A stretch of 64,000 nucleotides of DNA from Paragordius varius (lineage: Eukaryota; Animalia; Nematomorpha). Both the position numbers and the translations under genes were made by a program. Shown here one piece after another: positions 1-13,500 of this stretch (the first letter of the stretch is position 1; each line of letters starts with the position of its first letter). The DNA lies in assembly GCA_964247055.1 (NCBI GenBank), contig OZ176050.1, positions 14,632,001 to 14,696,000 on the forward strand. Reading direction: 5' to 3'. The notes below the pieces were generated by a model. It saw only the letters and a list, made by a program, of their open reading frames with translations, ran no database searches and was not told the DNA's origin.

Positions 1-65
1 TACGTGCACGATTTTTCTAGAAGGGGGGAGAAAAGGCGCAAATGCGCACATTAATTTGATTGGGC

Positions 66-100
66 AGAGAGGGAATGCACGTGTTCCCTCTCTATATAAA
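66..100 (+). promoter_or_regulatory. Hairpin with CACGTG core followed by a TATA-like element (putative promoter)
   Basis: AGAGAGGGAA-TGCACGTG-TTCCCTCTCT (10-bp perfect arms) runs directly into TATATAAA. No downstream ORF was found. Confidence 0.3.
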
Positions 101-2440
101 CCCAAAAAATAAATACATATTTTATTTTTAATTTTTTTTTGGAATTTACATTTCGTGCATAGATTGTTTTCCAATTCTCTTCCTATATCTTTTGTCCCGA
201 CTATGCAATGTATTGCTCTATTCATGGATATTTCATAACACATTTAAGGTAAAAATTTTATTTTAATTTATAGATTAATTAACCCTTAAACCAATAGACT
301 CTTATGACAATGAATACTGAAAACAAGGAGAGATTGTGCAACAACTGGAATGCCAAATCAAACTATAACATTTTAGCCTAATTATTGGTAAGTTGCGCAT
401 GTTTTTTATATGATTTTTAGATTGTTAAATTTGTCTTAAAATATTGTGTCGGAATTAAGATTAAATTTTAAAGTTAATGTTTTTTAATCTTTTCTTGCTT
501 TTGCCCGATATTTTTTCTTTTACTTGTAAATTTTAAACAATATCTAGAATTTAATTTTAGTTTGTTTATTGGAATAAATGGCTAATTATTGTTGGAAATT
601 TTTAAAATTTTTTTATTTTTGGATTGCAAAGATTATCGTATTACTATTTATATTGAGTCCTATACTTTTTTATGTTAAATTTTAATAAAAACGTTGCAAA
701 TATTATCAATTCTCACTGCAATTATTCTAATAAATGTCTATTTATTTTTAATTATATATTGCTAACAAGGTATGAATTGGCTTGAACTTGTAAAATACAG
801 AAACGTGGGTTTTTATATTTATATAGCCAATTTCACTCATTACTTGTAAATTCTAACAAATGTTAATTAAAATAAAATTAAAACTCTTAATATTTTTGAT
901 TTACTAAAAGTTTCTAGTGTTGCTTAAATAAAAGTTTAAAATAAATTATTTTTTAGAGTGAGTAGCAGAAGGAAGTTAACATAAAGTGTATTAAATTTAC
1001 ATTTAAAATTCTAGAAATGATCTAAATCTTAAAAACACTGATAATTGTGAGAAGAAACAGCAATTTTTTCTGATTATCCTAAATCTTTTCAAGTTGTTAA
1101 TCATGATAGTATTCAAAGGTGTTTAAAAATTTCTAAAAACTTCTTAATTTATACAATAAAAAAGCGGCATTAAAAAACACATACTTGTTAATGTTTTTTA
1201 AAATAGCGCTAATGTTTCTTATGATAAATACAAAAAGCCGTGAATTTCTTTTCTAAAAAAGCAGTATACCTTAAACTTTTAACCCAAACTTATCCCTAAA
1301 ATTTTGGTAGTCTACATAATTATTAAATAAATCTAAAAAAACTTAAAATTTTACTCAAAAATAGCGCTAAAATTTCTCAAATTCCTAAATAATAAAACAC
1401 CATTATAAAGTTGTTTAAAACTTATTCCTAAAATAGACGTAAATTTCCTAAAGTTATTTTAACATGCTAAAACTTATAAAAGTGCTAAATTTTCTTAAAT
1501 TCTAAAAAAGCTAATTACTTAATTTTTTTTTAAAATGGTCAAAATTCTCTAATATATTTTAAAAAGACTAAAATTACTTTTAAAAAAGCATTAATATGTA
1601 TAAAAACATTTTTCTAAAACTAATAGTTTTTTAAAATTCTCCAAAAAAACTAAAATTCTTATTTTCAAATTATTTTAAGAAAAGCATATACCGCTAATTT
1701 TTTTAAAAAAATCCCTATATTTCTAGATAATTTTTTTTATTTCTAAAAAACAGACAATAAAATTCTCTAAATAAGTCAATTTTCTCTAATCCTAAAAATT
1801 TTCAAATAGGTTAATTTTTTCAAATAAAAAAGCGCTAAAGCTCTCTAAAAACTGCTAAAATTGTCTGAAAATGTCTTTTTTTAAATTTAAGAAAGGTGGT
1901 TAATTCTATGATAATGGTTTTTTAATTCTTAACACCCCTAATTTTTAAACGCTACAAACAAATTACTAAAATACTAAAATTTTAATGAAATTCTGCATAA
2001 AAGCTATTTTTTAAACTTAATATAATATCTCCAAAAACCTTGAAAATTAAAAGCGTTGAAATTATCTAAAATCGTATTTTTAAATATAAACCACTAGAAT
2101 TTACTAAAAGCCGCTAAATTTTATTAAAAAACCGCTGATATATATGCGAAAAAAAATACATTTTTTAATTTTAAGACAGATAAATTATAATCCTAATTTT
2201 TAACCAATAATCTTAATTAACAATAAAATCTTTTCAAAAAACGCTAAATTCTTTTAAAAAACTCCTAAATCATTTATAGAACCGACAAAAATTAAAAGTT
2301 TTTCTTAAAATAGGTAATTAATAAAGGCCTTAAATTATATTCCTAAATATCAAATAACCGCTATTTAAAAAACTACTAACCTTTATTCTATTAAATACTA
2401 TTTTGAAACTGCAAGAATTTTTTTGTAACCACAAAAACTC

Positions 2441-5110
2441 TTTTAATACTGCAAAAATTCTTTTAAAACTCCTAAAATTCTTTTAAAACTCTTAAAATTC
2501 TTTTAAAACTCCTAAAATTCTTTTAAAACTCTTAAAACTGCTAAAATTCTTTTAAAACTGCTAAAATTTTCTTAAAACCGCTAAAATTTTCTTAAAACTG
2601 CTAAAAATCTCTTAAAACTGCTTAAAAGTTTTCTAAATCCTAAAATTCTTTTAAAACTCTTAAAATTCTTTTAAAACTCCTAAAATTCTGTTAAAACTCC
2701 TAAAATTCTTTTAAAACTTCTAAAATTCTTTTAAAACTCTTAAAATTCTTTTAAAACTCCTAAAATTCTGTTAAAACTCCTAAAATTCTTTTAAAACTCT
2801 TAAAACTGCTAAAATTCTTTTAAAACTGCTAAAATTTTCTTAAAACCGCTAAAATTTTCTTAAAACTGCTAAAAATCTCTTAAAACTGCTAAAAAGTTTT
2901 TTAAATCCTAAAATTCTTTTAAAACTCTTAAAAATCTTTTAAAACTCCTAAAATTCTGTTAAAACTCCTAAAATTCTTTTAAAAAACTGCTAAAACTCTT
3001 GTAAAACCTCCAAAACTCTTTTAAACCCGCTAAAACTCTTTAAAAACTCCTAATTTTTTTAAAACCGCTAAAACTCTTGTAAAACCGAAAAACTGTTTTA
3101 AAAATTTTTTTTAAACAGCTAACTCTTTTTAAACCGCTAATTTTTTTTAAAACCGCAAAACTATTTTAAAAAATCGCTTAAAACTGCTAAAAATTTTGTG
3201 AAACCGCCAAAACTAATTGAAAATCGTTAAAACTCTTTTAAAACCGCTAAAATCTTTTAAAAACCGCAAAACTATTATATAAAATCGCTTCTGCCAAAAC
3301 CTCTTTAAACCGCAAAAACTCTTTTAAAACTACTAAAATACTTGTAAAACTCTTAAAATTCTTTTAAAACTCCTAAAATTCTGTTAAAACTCCTAAAATT
3401 CTTTTAAAACTCTTAAAACTGCTAAAACTCTTTTAAAACTGCTAAAATTTTCTTAAAACTGCTAAAATTTTCTTAAAACTGCTAAAATTTTCTTAAAACT
3501 GCTAAAAAGTTTTCAAATCCTAAAATTCTTTTAAAACTCCTTAAATTCTGTTAAAACTCCTAAAATTCTTTTAAAACTCTTAAAACTGCTAAAATTCTTT
3601 TAAAACTGCTAAAATTTTCTTAAAACTGCTAAAATTTTCTTAAAACTGCTAAAAATCTCTTAAAACTGCTAAAAAGTTTTTAAATCCTAAAATTCTTTTA
3701 AAACTCTTAAAATTCTGTTAAAACTCCTAAAATTCTTTTAAAACTCCTAAAATTCTTTTAAAACTTCTAAAATTCTGTTAAAACTCCTAAAATTTTTTTA
3801 AAACTCTTAAAACTGCTAAAATTCTTTTAAAACTGCTAAAATTTTCTTAAAACTGCTAAAATTTTCTTAAAACTGCTAAAAATCTCTTAAAACTGCTAAA
3901 AAGTTTTTAAATCCTAAAATTCTTTTAAAACTCTTAAAATTCTTTTAAAACTCCTAAAATTCTGTTAAAACTCCTAAAAATTTTTTAAAACTCTTAAAAC
4001 TGCTAAAATTCTTTTAAAACTGCTAAAATTTTCTTAAAACTGCTAAAAATCTCTTAAAACTGCTAAAAAGTTTTTTAAATCCTAAAATTCTTTTAAAACT
4101 CTTAAAAATCTTTTAAAACTCCTAAAATTCTTTTAAAACTCCTAAAATTCTTTTAAAAAACTGCTAAAACTCTTGTAAAACCTCCAAAACTCTTTTAAAA
4201 CCTCCAAAACTCTTTTAAACCCGCTAAAACTCTTTTAAAACTCCTATTTTTTTTTAAAACCGCTAAAACTCTTGTAAAACCAAAAACTGTTTTAAAAATT
4301 TTTTTTAAACAGCTAACTCTTTTTAAACCGCTAATTTTTTTTAAAACCGCAAAACTATTTTAAAAAATCGCTTAAAACTGCTAAAAATTTTGTGAAACCG
4401 CCAAAACTAATTGAAAATCGTTAAAACTCTTTTAAAACCGCTAAAATCTTTTAAAAACCGCAAAACTATTATATAAAATCGCTTCTGCCAAAACCTCTTT
4501 AAACCGCAAAAACTCTTTTAAAACTACTAAAATACTTGTAAAACTGCTAAAATTCTTTTAAAACCGCAAAAACTCTTTCAAAACTACTAAAATTCTTTTA
4601 AAACTACTAAAATTATTTTAAAACTCCTAAAATTATTTTAAAACCGCTAAAAAAATCTTTTAAAACCGCTAAAAACCCTTCGAAAACCGCTAAAATCCTT
4701 TAAAACCCGCAATTTTTTTTCAAAAACCGCAAAAATACTATGCTAAAAACTCTTTTAAAACCGCTAAAATTCTTTTAAAACTGCTAAAATTCTTTTAAAA
4801 CCGCTAAAACTTTTAAAACCGCTAAAAATCTTTCACAAACCGCAAAAATACTATGCTAAAAACTCTTCTAAAACCGCTAAAATTCTTTTAAAACTGCTTA
4901 AATTCTTTTAAAACCGCTAAAACTCTTAAAACCGCTAAAACTCTTAAAACCGCTAAAAATCTTTCAAAAACCGCAAAAATACTCTGCTAAAAACGCCTTT
5001 AAAACCGTTATTCTTTTGGAACCAGCAAAAACTATTTTGAAACTGCTAATTCTTGTAAAACTGCTAAAATTAAACCGCTAAAAACCTCTTTTAAAACCGC
5101 TAAAAATTGA
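2441..5110. repeat. A-rich 20-bp minisatellite block (TTTTAAAACTCCTAAAATTC / TTAAAACTGCTAAAATTTTC variants), copy 1
   Basis: Tandem ~20-bp monomers built from ~10-bp TAAAAC-type halves, with very few G on the + strand. Equivalent blocks at ~11300-13385, ~19625-21675 and ~27900-29920 differ in monomer number. Confidence 0.95.
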
Positions 5111-5349
5111 AAAATTCTCACTTAATGCTTTTTAATTTACATTATTTATAAATGCTGTTTTTTTAACATTTTATTTTAAGAGATTTTTTCATTTTTTAAT
5201 TTAGAATGTTTGATTGCCTCAGTCATTTGCGCAAAAACCGAGGAAGAAAATTGAATATTTCGGAATTGGTAATTAATATTTTATTTTATTAATCAGTGTT
5301 AAGTAAAATTTAAGTGTCTTATATTAATGTTGTTTTGCTATTTTTATCA

Positions 5350-6760
5350 ATCAGTTATTTTTCAGTTGTTTTATTAATTTTTTCTTAGTTTTTTTTAACA
5401 GTTGTATTTTTCAGACAGTTACTTTATAATCAGTTGTTTTTATAATCAGTTTATTAGTTATTGTAGTTAATCATTTTTTATTCATCATTTGTTTTAAATC
5501 TTTATTAAATCAGTTGTTTTTATTAATAAGTTTTTATTTATCAAATGTTATAATTTTACAGTTTTTTTTAACCAGATGTTTTTAATAATCATTTCCAACC
5601 AGCTGTTTTTATAAATCATTTTATTTTATTCATCTTGTCAAATCAGTTGTTTTTATTAATAATTTGTTTTTATTAAAAAATTTTTATTAATAATTTGTTT
5701 TTATTAATCACTTGTTTTAATTAAGCTGTATTTGTTTTTTATAATCGCTTGTTTTTAATAATCAGTTAAATAATCCCTTGTTTTAAGTAACCAGTTATTT
5801 TAAATAATCAATTGTTTAAATAATCATTTGTTTAAATAATGTTTTTATTAATCAGTTGTTTCACATAATTAACTGTTTTGAGTTGTTTTTGTCCATCAGT
5901 TGTTTAATTTATCAGTTGTTTTAATTAATCAGTTGTTATTGTTATTAACCTATTTTAATTGGTCAGTTGTTTTAATTGGTCAGTTGTTTTAATTGGTCAG
6001 TTGTTTTAATTAATCAGTTGTTTTACAATAATTTGTTGTTTATATCAGCTGTTTTTATGAATCATTTGTTTTATAAATATATGTTTTTATAATCAGATGT
6101 TTTTAATAATCAGTTGTTTTTATTAGTAATTTTTAATAATCTTATTAAAATATGTTGTTTTTATTCAGCTGTGTTCATAAATCATTTGTTTTTATAATCA
6201 GTCGTTAATAATCAGTTAAATATCAGCTGTTTTTATTAAAAAAATTTGCTCACCCTTTCAAATCAGCTGTTTTATTAATCATTTGTTTTTTTTCCATCTT
6301 TTCCAATCAACTGTCTTTTCCAATTATTTGTTTTTATTAATCATTTGTTATTTAATCATTGTTTTATTAATTTATATACACTTGTAATTAATAATCATTT
6401 GAGCAGCTGTTTATTAAAGTAGCTGTTTGAATCAGTTTTTTTTAATTATTGTTACTAAGTTGTTTTGAATTATTAGTTGTTAATTTTTTTTATAATAATC
6501 AGTTTATTAATTAATTGCTTTTATTAATTATTTTGTTTCGATAAATTAATTATTTTTTAATCACTTCTTTTATTATTACTTATATACTGTTGTTTTTATA
6601 AATCATTTGTTAAATCAGCTGTTTTAAGTTGGTTTTCTTAATCAGTTCTTTAAATTTTTTTATATTAATCAGCTGTTTATTAATAATATGTGTTATAATT
6701 TATATACAGTCATTTTTTATATTCATTTGATAAATCAGCTGTTTTTAATACCACTGTTTT
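5350..6760. repeat. T-rich degenerate minisatellite (AATCAGTTGTTTT / AATCAGCTGTTT), copy 1
   Basis: Dozens of AATCAG(T/C)TGTTT motifs, including a 17-bp AATTGGTCAGTTGTTTT VNTR. Equivalent blocks at ~13620-15105, ~21910-23380 and ~30155-31645. Confidence 0.92.
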
Positions 6761-9700
6761 ATAAGTTATAAACTTATGATTGATAAATATTGTATTGAAA
6801 ATGTATATGGTTTGAAACATATAGTTTCTTAATACAATTAAATTAAGCAATTTAATATATCATTAGATTTAATAAAAAAAACAGGTGATTATTTATAAAT
6901 GGTTTCACAAAAATTGAACGCAAAATGTTAAAAAATTGTTGTTTTTATTAATTATAGTAAATTTCTAAAGGCAATTAATTGATTGGTCTTTTAAGAGTTG
7001 ATTGAATGTTTAATGAGAGAATTTGTATATTTTTATTGGCGTTTTTTTCAGAAAACTACCTTATTTATCAATATGATGTAACAAAACTCAAACTTATCAA
7101 ATATATTTATTCCATAATTTTTAGAACATTTGCCTTAATTTGCCCAAAACTGAAACGAATCGTAAAGTTAATCCAAATATGGTAATTATTTTTACTATTT
7201 TAAAACAATTATTTTCTTAATGTTTTGTAGTTAGATGTTTTTAATTTTTTTTTACAAAGAGTGGATTAAATATATATATATATAGAAACCGCAAAAGTCA
7301 GCTGATATTTATAGATTACTGTTTTACTTTATGTTTTACACTAAATAAAATAAATCGTATACTTTTTTTGAAAAAATTCATTGTTTTTTAAAAAACTGCC
7401 CATTAAATTATGAATTAAACCGCCAGCTTTCTCTTTAAATCAGCTGATAATACAAGGCCCGTTATTTAAGACAAACAAATATTAAAAACGTTTAAAATAT
7501 ATATTTTATATTAACCAACGTTTTCACTATAATATACATTTTTATAATATCCGATTTGTAATATTTCTTTCTGAAATTTACGATTATTTTTAGATATAAA
7601 AGATTTTCTAAATATATATTCTTGTTTTAAGTTTTAGTTTTATAATTTTTTCCATATTCTTTTTAGAATGAGTTGGGCTTAACCACTCTGTGTGTCAACT
7701 AAATCTGAAATATTTGGCTTAGATTTATCTGGAACAAATGGTATAAATTTCTTAATTATATAACCGCTTATTTTATTAAACTATAATAAATTTTGACTCA
7801 CCTTATTACAAATAATACAAGGTGTTTATGAAAACGCCTTAAACAACAACTTGGGTTTTATTTAGGACCTCAAAAATTAAATTTTTTACGATTGCTATTC
7901 TAATTTTTATTCAACGATTGATTAACAAACCCCAAATATTTTTATGAAATTTGTTTTTTACATATACCAATTATGATTGATATTTAATAATTCTATTTTT
8001 TCCACCGATATATTCTTTAAATTTTTTTCATATAGTTGTGTATTTATTTTATTACTTTAATATTTTCTTTTTCGTAACATGAGGTTTGAATTGCCTTATT
8101 ATCTAACACTATAAATAATTTGTTATAGGTTAGCACTAATGAAAATTAAGTATTTTTGGTGTCGTTACGAACTTTCAAACAAATAATTATTTAATATTCA
8201 TTTATTAATATCAAACTACCTGGTTCTAATATAATAATTGACTTTTGTTTACAAATTAAAACAGTTAAATATTTTGTTTTTTTCATTTTAGTTAAAGAAC
8301 ACCCCCTATTTTCTTTAAAAATTCGTCACCTGTGGTTAAAAGATATTGTACTTTCAATTTTTCGATTTTGATTCCCATAAATCCCTATCATAGATCGGGT
8401 TACTAGAAATAATCATTTTAGCAGTATAAGGTTAAATAACTTTTAGAGCTTTCGAGTTTGTGGGTTAGGGTTAGGTTGAGGGATTGGAGTTGGTTCATTT
8501 TCTTACGAGACCCATGCATTTTAATTTTATCCTTAAATTCTTTGTCTCTGAATTATTTAGATTCTGATTTACTTAAGGAAGGATATTCTTTTAATTTTCG
8601 TAATTCTGTTTTTTTTGTTTAATTTTACACTATTTTAGCAAAAGAGTTAACATTATCTGAATTTTGTCTTTAATTCGTAAAGTACATATAATATTTTAAC
8701 ATTTGTATGCTTAATTTAATATTTTTTAGTGGTTTTAATTACAAGGATATATTGTTTTTTGGATAAAATTTTTCAGATAATTTTGATGATTGAAAAATTT
8801 TTTCATAAACATCTTTGTGTGATTTTTTGTTTGATTTGCTTTAAAAGTTAGTAGTTCTCGATCTTGAAAAATTTTAAAATTTTTCTAATAGCAAAGTTTC
8901 ATTGACTATCTGTAAAAATATTATATCTGTTTGACAAATTTTTCATGTTTAAAAACGGAACAATATTTTCCTTCCCACATTTATGTATATTTGCTTTTTA
9001 ATGGTTAAGATTTGGTAGTATTAGCAATACATTTACAGTGTAAGGTTAAATAACTTTAAGGGCTTCGAGTTTGTGGACTAGGGTTAGGGATTAGAGTTGG
9101 TTCATTATCTTAAAGAAGTCCGCGCATTTCGATTTATTCATAAAACCTTCTTTGTCTCTAATTTTTTGAATTTCCTTATCGTTAACAATTGATTTTGAAT
9201 TAAGGACATGGCATTTCAGGCATCGATAGATCCTGTGAATAAATTCCTAATTTGGTTGTAACCCCTATTTTAATTGATTGTAAATATTCGCTTTCCCGAA
9301 ATAAGGCTTATTTTAATACAGTTTTTTATATATTTATTTGCGATTGAAAAGTTTTGGAGTTTGTGGTTTAGGTTAGGGATTAATGCATTATATTAAAAAA
9401 ACCGTTTTATATTTTAATTAAATTTACATTTTTTTCGGAAAGTAAGTTCAAGACGTGCCTAAAATTGTAAATATAGAACTGTATATTTCGCTACAAAATC
9501 GTCCACATCTAAAAGAATATTTTAATGTAAAAATTATTCATTTTTTAGTATTTCTTTGATCCTGTGTATTTGTATGCTCGATTTAACAACCGTTTTTAGA
9601 TAATTGATATCAGGCTTTCTGTAAATAAATAATATTCAAGTGAAAAAAAATTTTTTTATTTCATTTCAAATTAAATGCCCACTCTTATTTATTTGATATA

Positions 9701-10331
9701 TTTTGTTATTTTTTCTCTGTTCCATCCGACAAATATCTTTTATGAACTTTTGTTTGATATTTGAAAACGGTTAAATATAAAAACTTTGGCAAATATATGT
9801 TATCTAATTAAAAAATATCTATAAAATTGCTTTTAAATGGTTTAATTGCAAGTTTATTTAGAGAACTGGTGCCTCGATTAAGCCTAAGACTCGCGCATTT
9901 TTTTAAATTTTTATATTATATTGTAAATTTAAGGTTTTAACTATGCAACTTAATAATTTTTTAAAACTACAATTTGGCCTAAACAAGCAAAAAACTGTAG
10001 ATTTCTTTAACACTTCTAATATTTTAATATAATCGCTGTTCCCCACAAAATGCAAAACTTATTACAAAAAGTAAAAGTACCACATTTGTCTTTAGTATTT
10101 AATTTTAATTTAAATCTATTAATATTTTATAGATTCTTTAAATACTGCCAAATTGCAATCAAAACATTAGCTCAAAAACGATATTGAAATTAACAAACTA
10201 AACAAGAGTGAAAGATGAATGACGAAACATAGACATAACAGCAAAATGATAACCAGACAACAATGAATATCAAAGAAAATGAATATTTTATATAATAACT
10301 TCAATAAATATAATGTTGCATTTATTATGAT

Positions 10332-10557
10332 GCAAAAACCGAGGAAGAAAATTGAATATTTCGGAATTGGTAATTAATATTTTATTTTATTAATCAGTGA
10401 AGTAAAATCTAAGTGTTATATTTTGTTTTGCTATTTTTTATCAATCAGTTATTTTTCAGTTGTTTTATTAATTATTTTTTCTTAGTTTTTTATTAACAGT
10501 TGTATTTTTCAGACAGTTACTTTATGATCAGTTGTTTTTATAATCAGTTTATTAGTT
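10332..10557 (+). repeat. 226-bp junction insert between units 1 and 2 (copy of internal sequence starting at 5231)
   Basis: Matches the unit-internal sequence from GCAAAAACCGAGG to TTTATTAGTT with small diagnostic deletions. It is absent at the outer ends of the array. Confidence 0.93.
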
Positions 10558-13500
10558 TTCTAGATAATTTTTTTTATTTCTAAAAAACAGACAATAAAAT
10601 TCTCAAAATAAGTCAATTTTCTCTAATCCTAAAAATTTTCAAATAGGTTAATTTTTTCAAATAAAAAAGCGCTAAAGCTCTCTAAAAACTGCTAAAATTG
10701 TCTGAAAATGTCTGAAAATGTCTTTTTTTAAATTTAAGATAGGTGGTTAATTCTATGATAATGGTTTTTTAATTCTTAACACCCCTAAAAATCTTTAAAG
10801 TTTTTTAAACGCTACAAACAAATTACTAAAATACTAAAATTTTAATGAAATTCTGCATAAAAGCTATTTTTTAAACTTAATATAATATCTCCAAAAACCT
10901 TGAAAATTAAAAGCGTTGAAATTATCTAAAATCGTATTTTTAAATATAAACCACTAGAATTTACTAAAAGCCGCTAAATTTTATTAAAAAACCGCTGATA
11001 TATATGCGAAAAAAAATTCATTTTTTAATTTTAAGACAGATAAATTATAATCCTAATTTTTAACCAATAATCTTAATTAACAATAAAATCTTTTCAAAAA
11101 ACGCTAAATTCTTTTAAAAAACTCCTAAATCATTTATAGAACCGACAAAAATTAAAAGTTTTTTTTAAAATAGGTAATTAATAAAGGCCTTAAATTATAT
11201 TCCTAAATATCAAATAACCGCTATTTAAAAAACTACTAACCTTTATTCTATTAAAAACTATTTTGAAACTGCAAGAATTTTTTTGTAACCACAAAAACTC
11301 TTTTAATACTGCAAAAATTCTTTTAAAACTCTTAAAATTCTTTTAAAACTCCTAAAATTCTGTTAAAACTCCTAAAATTCTGTAAAACTCCTAAAATTCT
11401 TTTAAAACTCTTAAAAATCTTTTAAAACTCCTAAAATTCTGTTAAAACTCCTAAAATTCTGTTAAAACTCCTAAAATTCTGTTAAAACTTTCTTAAAATC
11501 GCTAAAAATCTCTTAAAACTGCTAAAAAGTTTTTAAATCCTAAAATTCTTTTGAAACTCTTAAAAATCTTTTAAAACTCCTAAAATCCTGTTAAAACTCC
11601 TAAAATTCTTTTAAAAAACTGCTAAAACTCTTGTAAAACCTCCAAAACTCTTTTAAAACCTCCAAAACTCTTTTAAACCTGCTAAAATTCTTTTAAAACT
11701 CTTAAAACTGCTAAAATTCTTTTAAAACTGCTAAAATTCTTTTAAAACTGCTAAAATTTTCTTAAAACTGCTAAAACTTTCTTAAAACTGCTAAAAATCT
11801 CTTAAAACTGCTAAAAAGTTTTTAAATCCTAAAATTCTTTTAAAACTCTTAAAATTCTTTTAAAACTCCTAAAATTCTGTTAAAACTCCTAAAATTCTTT
11901 TAAAACTCTTAAAATTCTTTTAAAACTCCTAAAATTCTGTTAAAACTGCTAAAATTGTTTTAAAACTGCTAAAATTTTCTTAAAACTGCTAAAAATCTCT
12001 TAAAACTGCTAAAAAGTTTTTAAATCCTAAAATTCTTTTAAAACTCCTAAAATTCTTTTAAAACTCCTAAAATTCTTTTAAAACTCCTAAAATTCTGTTA
12101 AAACTCCTAAAATTCTGTTAAAACTCCTAAAATTCTGTTAAAACTTTCTTAAAATCGCTAAAAATCTCTTAAAACTGCTAAAAAGTTTTTAAATCCTAAA
12201 ATTCTTTTGAAACTCTTAAAAATCTTTTAAAACTCCTAAAATCCTGTTAAAACTCCTAAAATTCTTTTAAAAAACTGCTAAAACTCTTGTAAAACCTCCA
12301 AAACTCTTTTAAAACCTCCAAAACTCTTTTAAAACCTCCAAAACTCTTTTAAACCCGCTAAAACTCTTTTAAACCCGCTAAAACTCTTTTAAACCCGCTA
12401 AAACTCTTTTAAACCCGCTAAAACTCTTTTAAACCCGCTAAAATTCTTTTAAAACTCCTAATTTTTTTAAAACCGCTAAAACTCTTGTAAAACCGAAAAA
12501 CTGTTTAAAAATTTTTTTTAAACAGCTAACTCTTTTTAAACCGCTAATTTTTTTAAAACCGCAAAACTATTTTAAAAAATCGCTTAAAACTGCTAAAAAT
12601 TTTGTGAAACCGCCAAAACTAATTGAAAATCGTTAAAACTCTTTTAAAACCGCTAAAATCTTTTAAAAACCGCAAAACTATTATATAAAATCGCTTCTGC
12701 CAAAACCTCTTTAAACCGCAAAAACTCTTTTAAAACTACTAAAATACTTGTAAAACTCTTAAAATTCTTTTAAAACTCCTAAAATTCTTTTAAAACTCTT
12801 AAAACTGCTAAAATTCTTTTAAAACTGCTAAAATTTTCTTAAAACTGCTAAAATTTTTTTAAAACTGCTAAAATTTTCTTAAAACTGCTAAAAATCTCTT
12901 AAAACTGCTAAAAAGTTTTTAAATCCTAAAATTCTTTTAAAACTCTTAAAAAACTTTTAAAACTCCTAAAAATCTTTTAAAACTCCTAAAATTCTTTTAA
13001 AACTCTTAAAATTCTTTTAAAACTCTTAAAACTGCTAAAATTTTCTTAAAACCGCTAAAAATCTTTTAAAACCGCTAAAAACCCTTCGAAAACCGCTAAA
13101 AATCCTTTAAAACCCGCATTTTTCTTTCAAAAACCGCAAAAATACTATGCTAAAAACTCTTTTAAAACCGCTAAAATTCTTTTAAAACTGCTAAAATTCT
13201 TTTAAAACCGCTAAAACTCTTAAAACCGCTAAAAATCTTTCAAAAACCGCAAAAATACTCTGCTAAAAACGCCTTTAAAACCGTTAAAATTCTTTTGGAA
13301 CCAGCAAAAACTATTTTGAAACTGCTAATTCTTGTAAAACTGCTAAAATTAAACCGCTAAACCTCTTTTAAAACCGCTCAAAATTGAAAAATTCTCACTT
13401 AATGCTTTTTAATTTACATTATTTATAAATGCTGTTTTTTTAACATTTTATTTTAAGAGATTTTTTAATTTAGAATGTTTGATTGCCTCAGTCATTTGCG

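Noticed and set aside
2441-5110. CRISPR-like regular short repeats (also the 21-bp arrays at 49.4-60.1 kb)
   Set aside because: Monomers are directly tandem with no unique spacers, no cas genes are present, and the context is eukaryotic.
8463-9380. True telomere or chromosome end
   Set aside because: There are only 2-3 TTAGGG units per cassette, embedded internally in every repeat unit.
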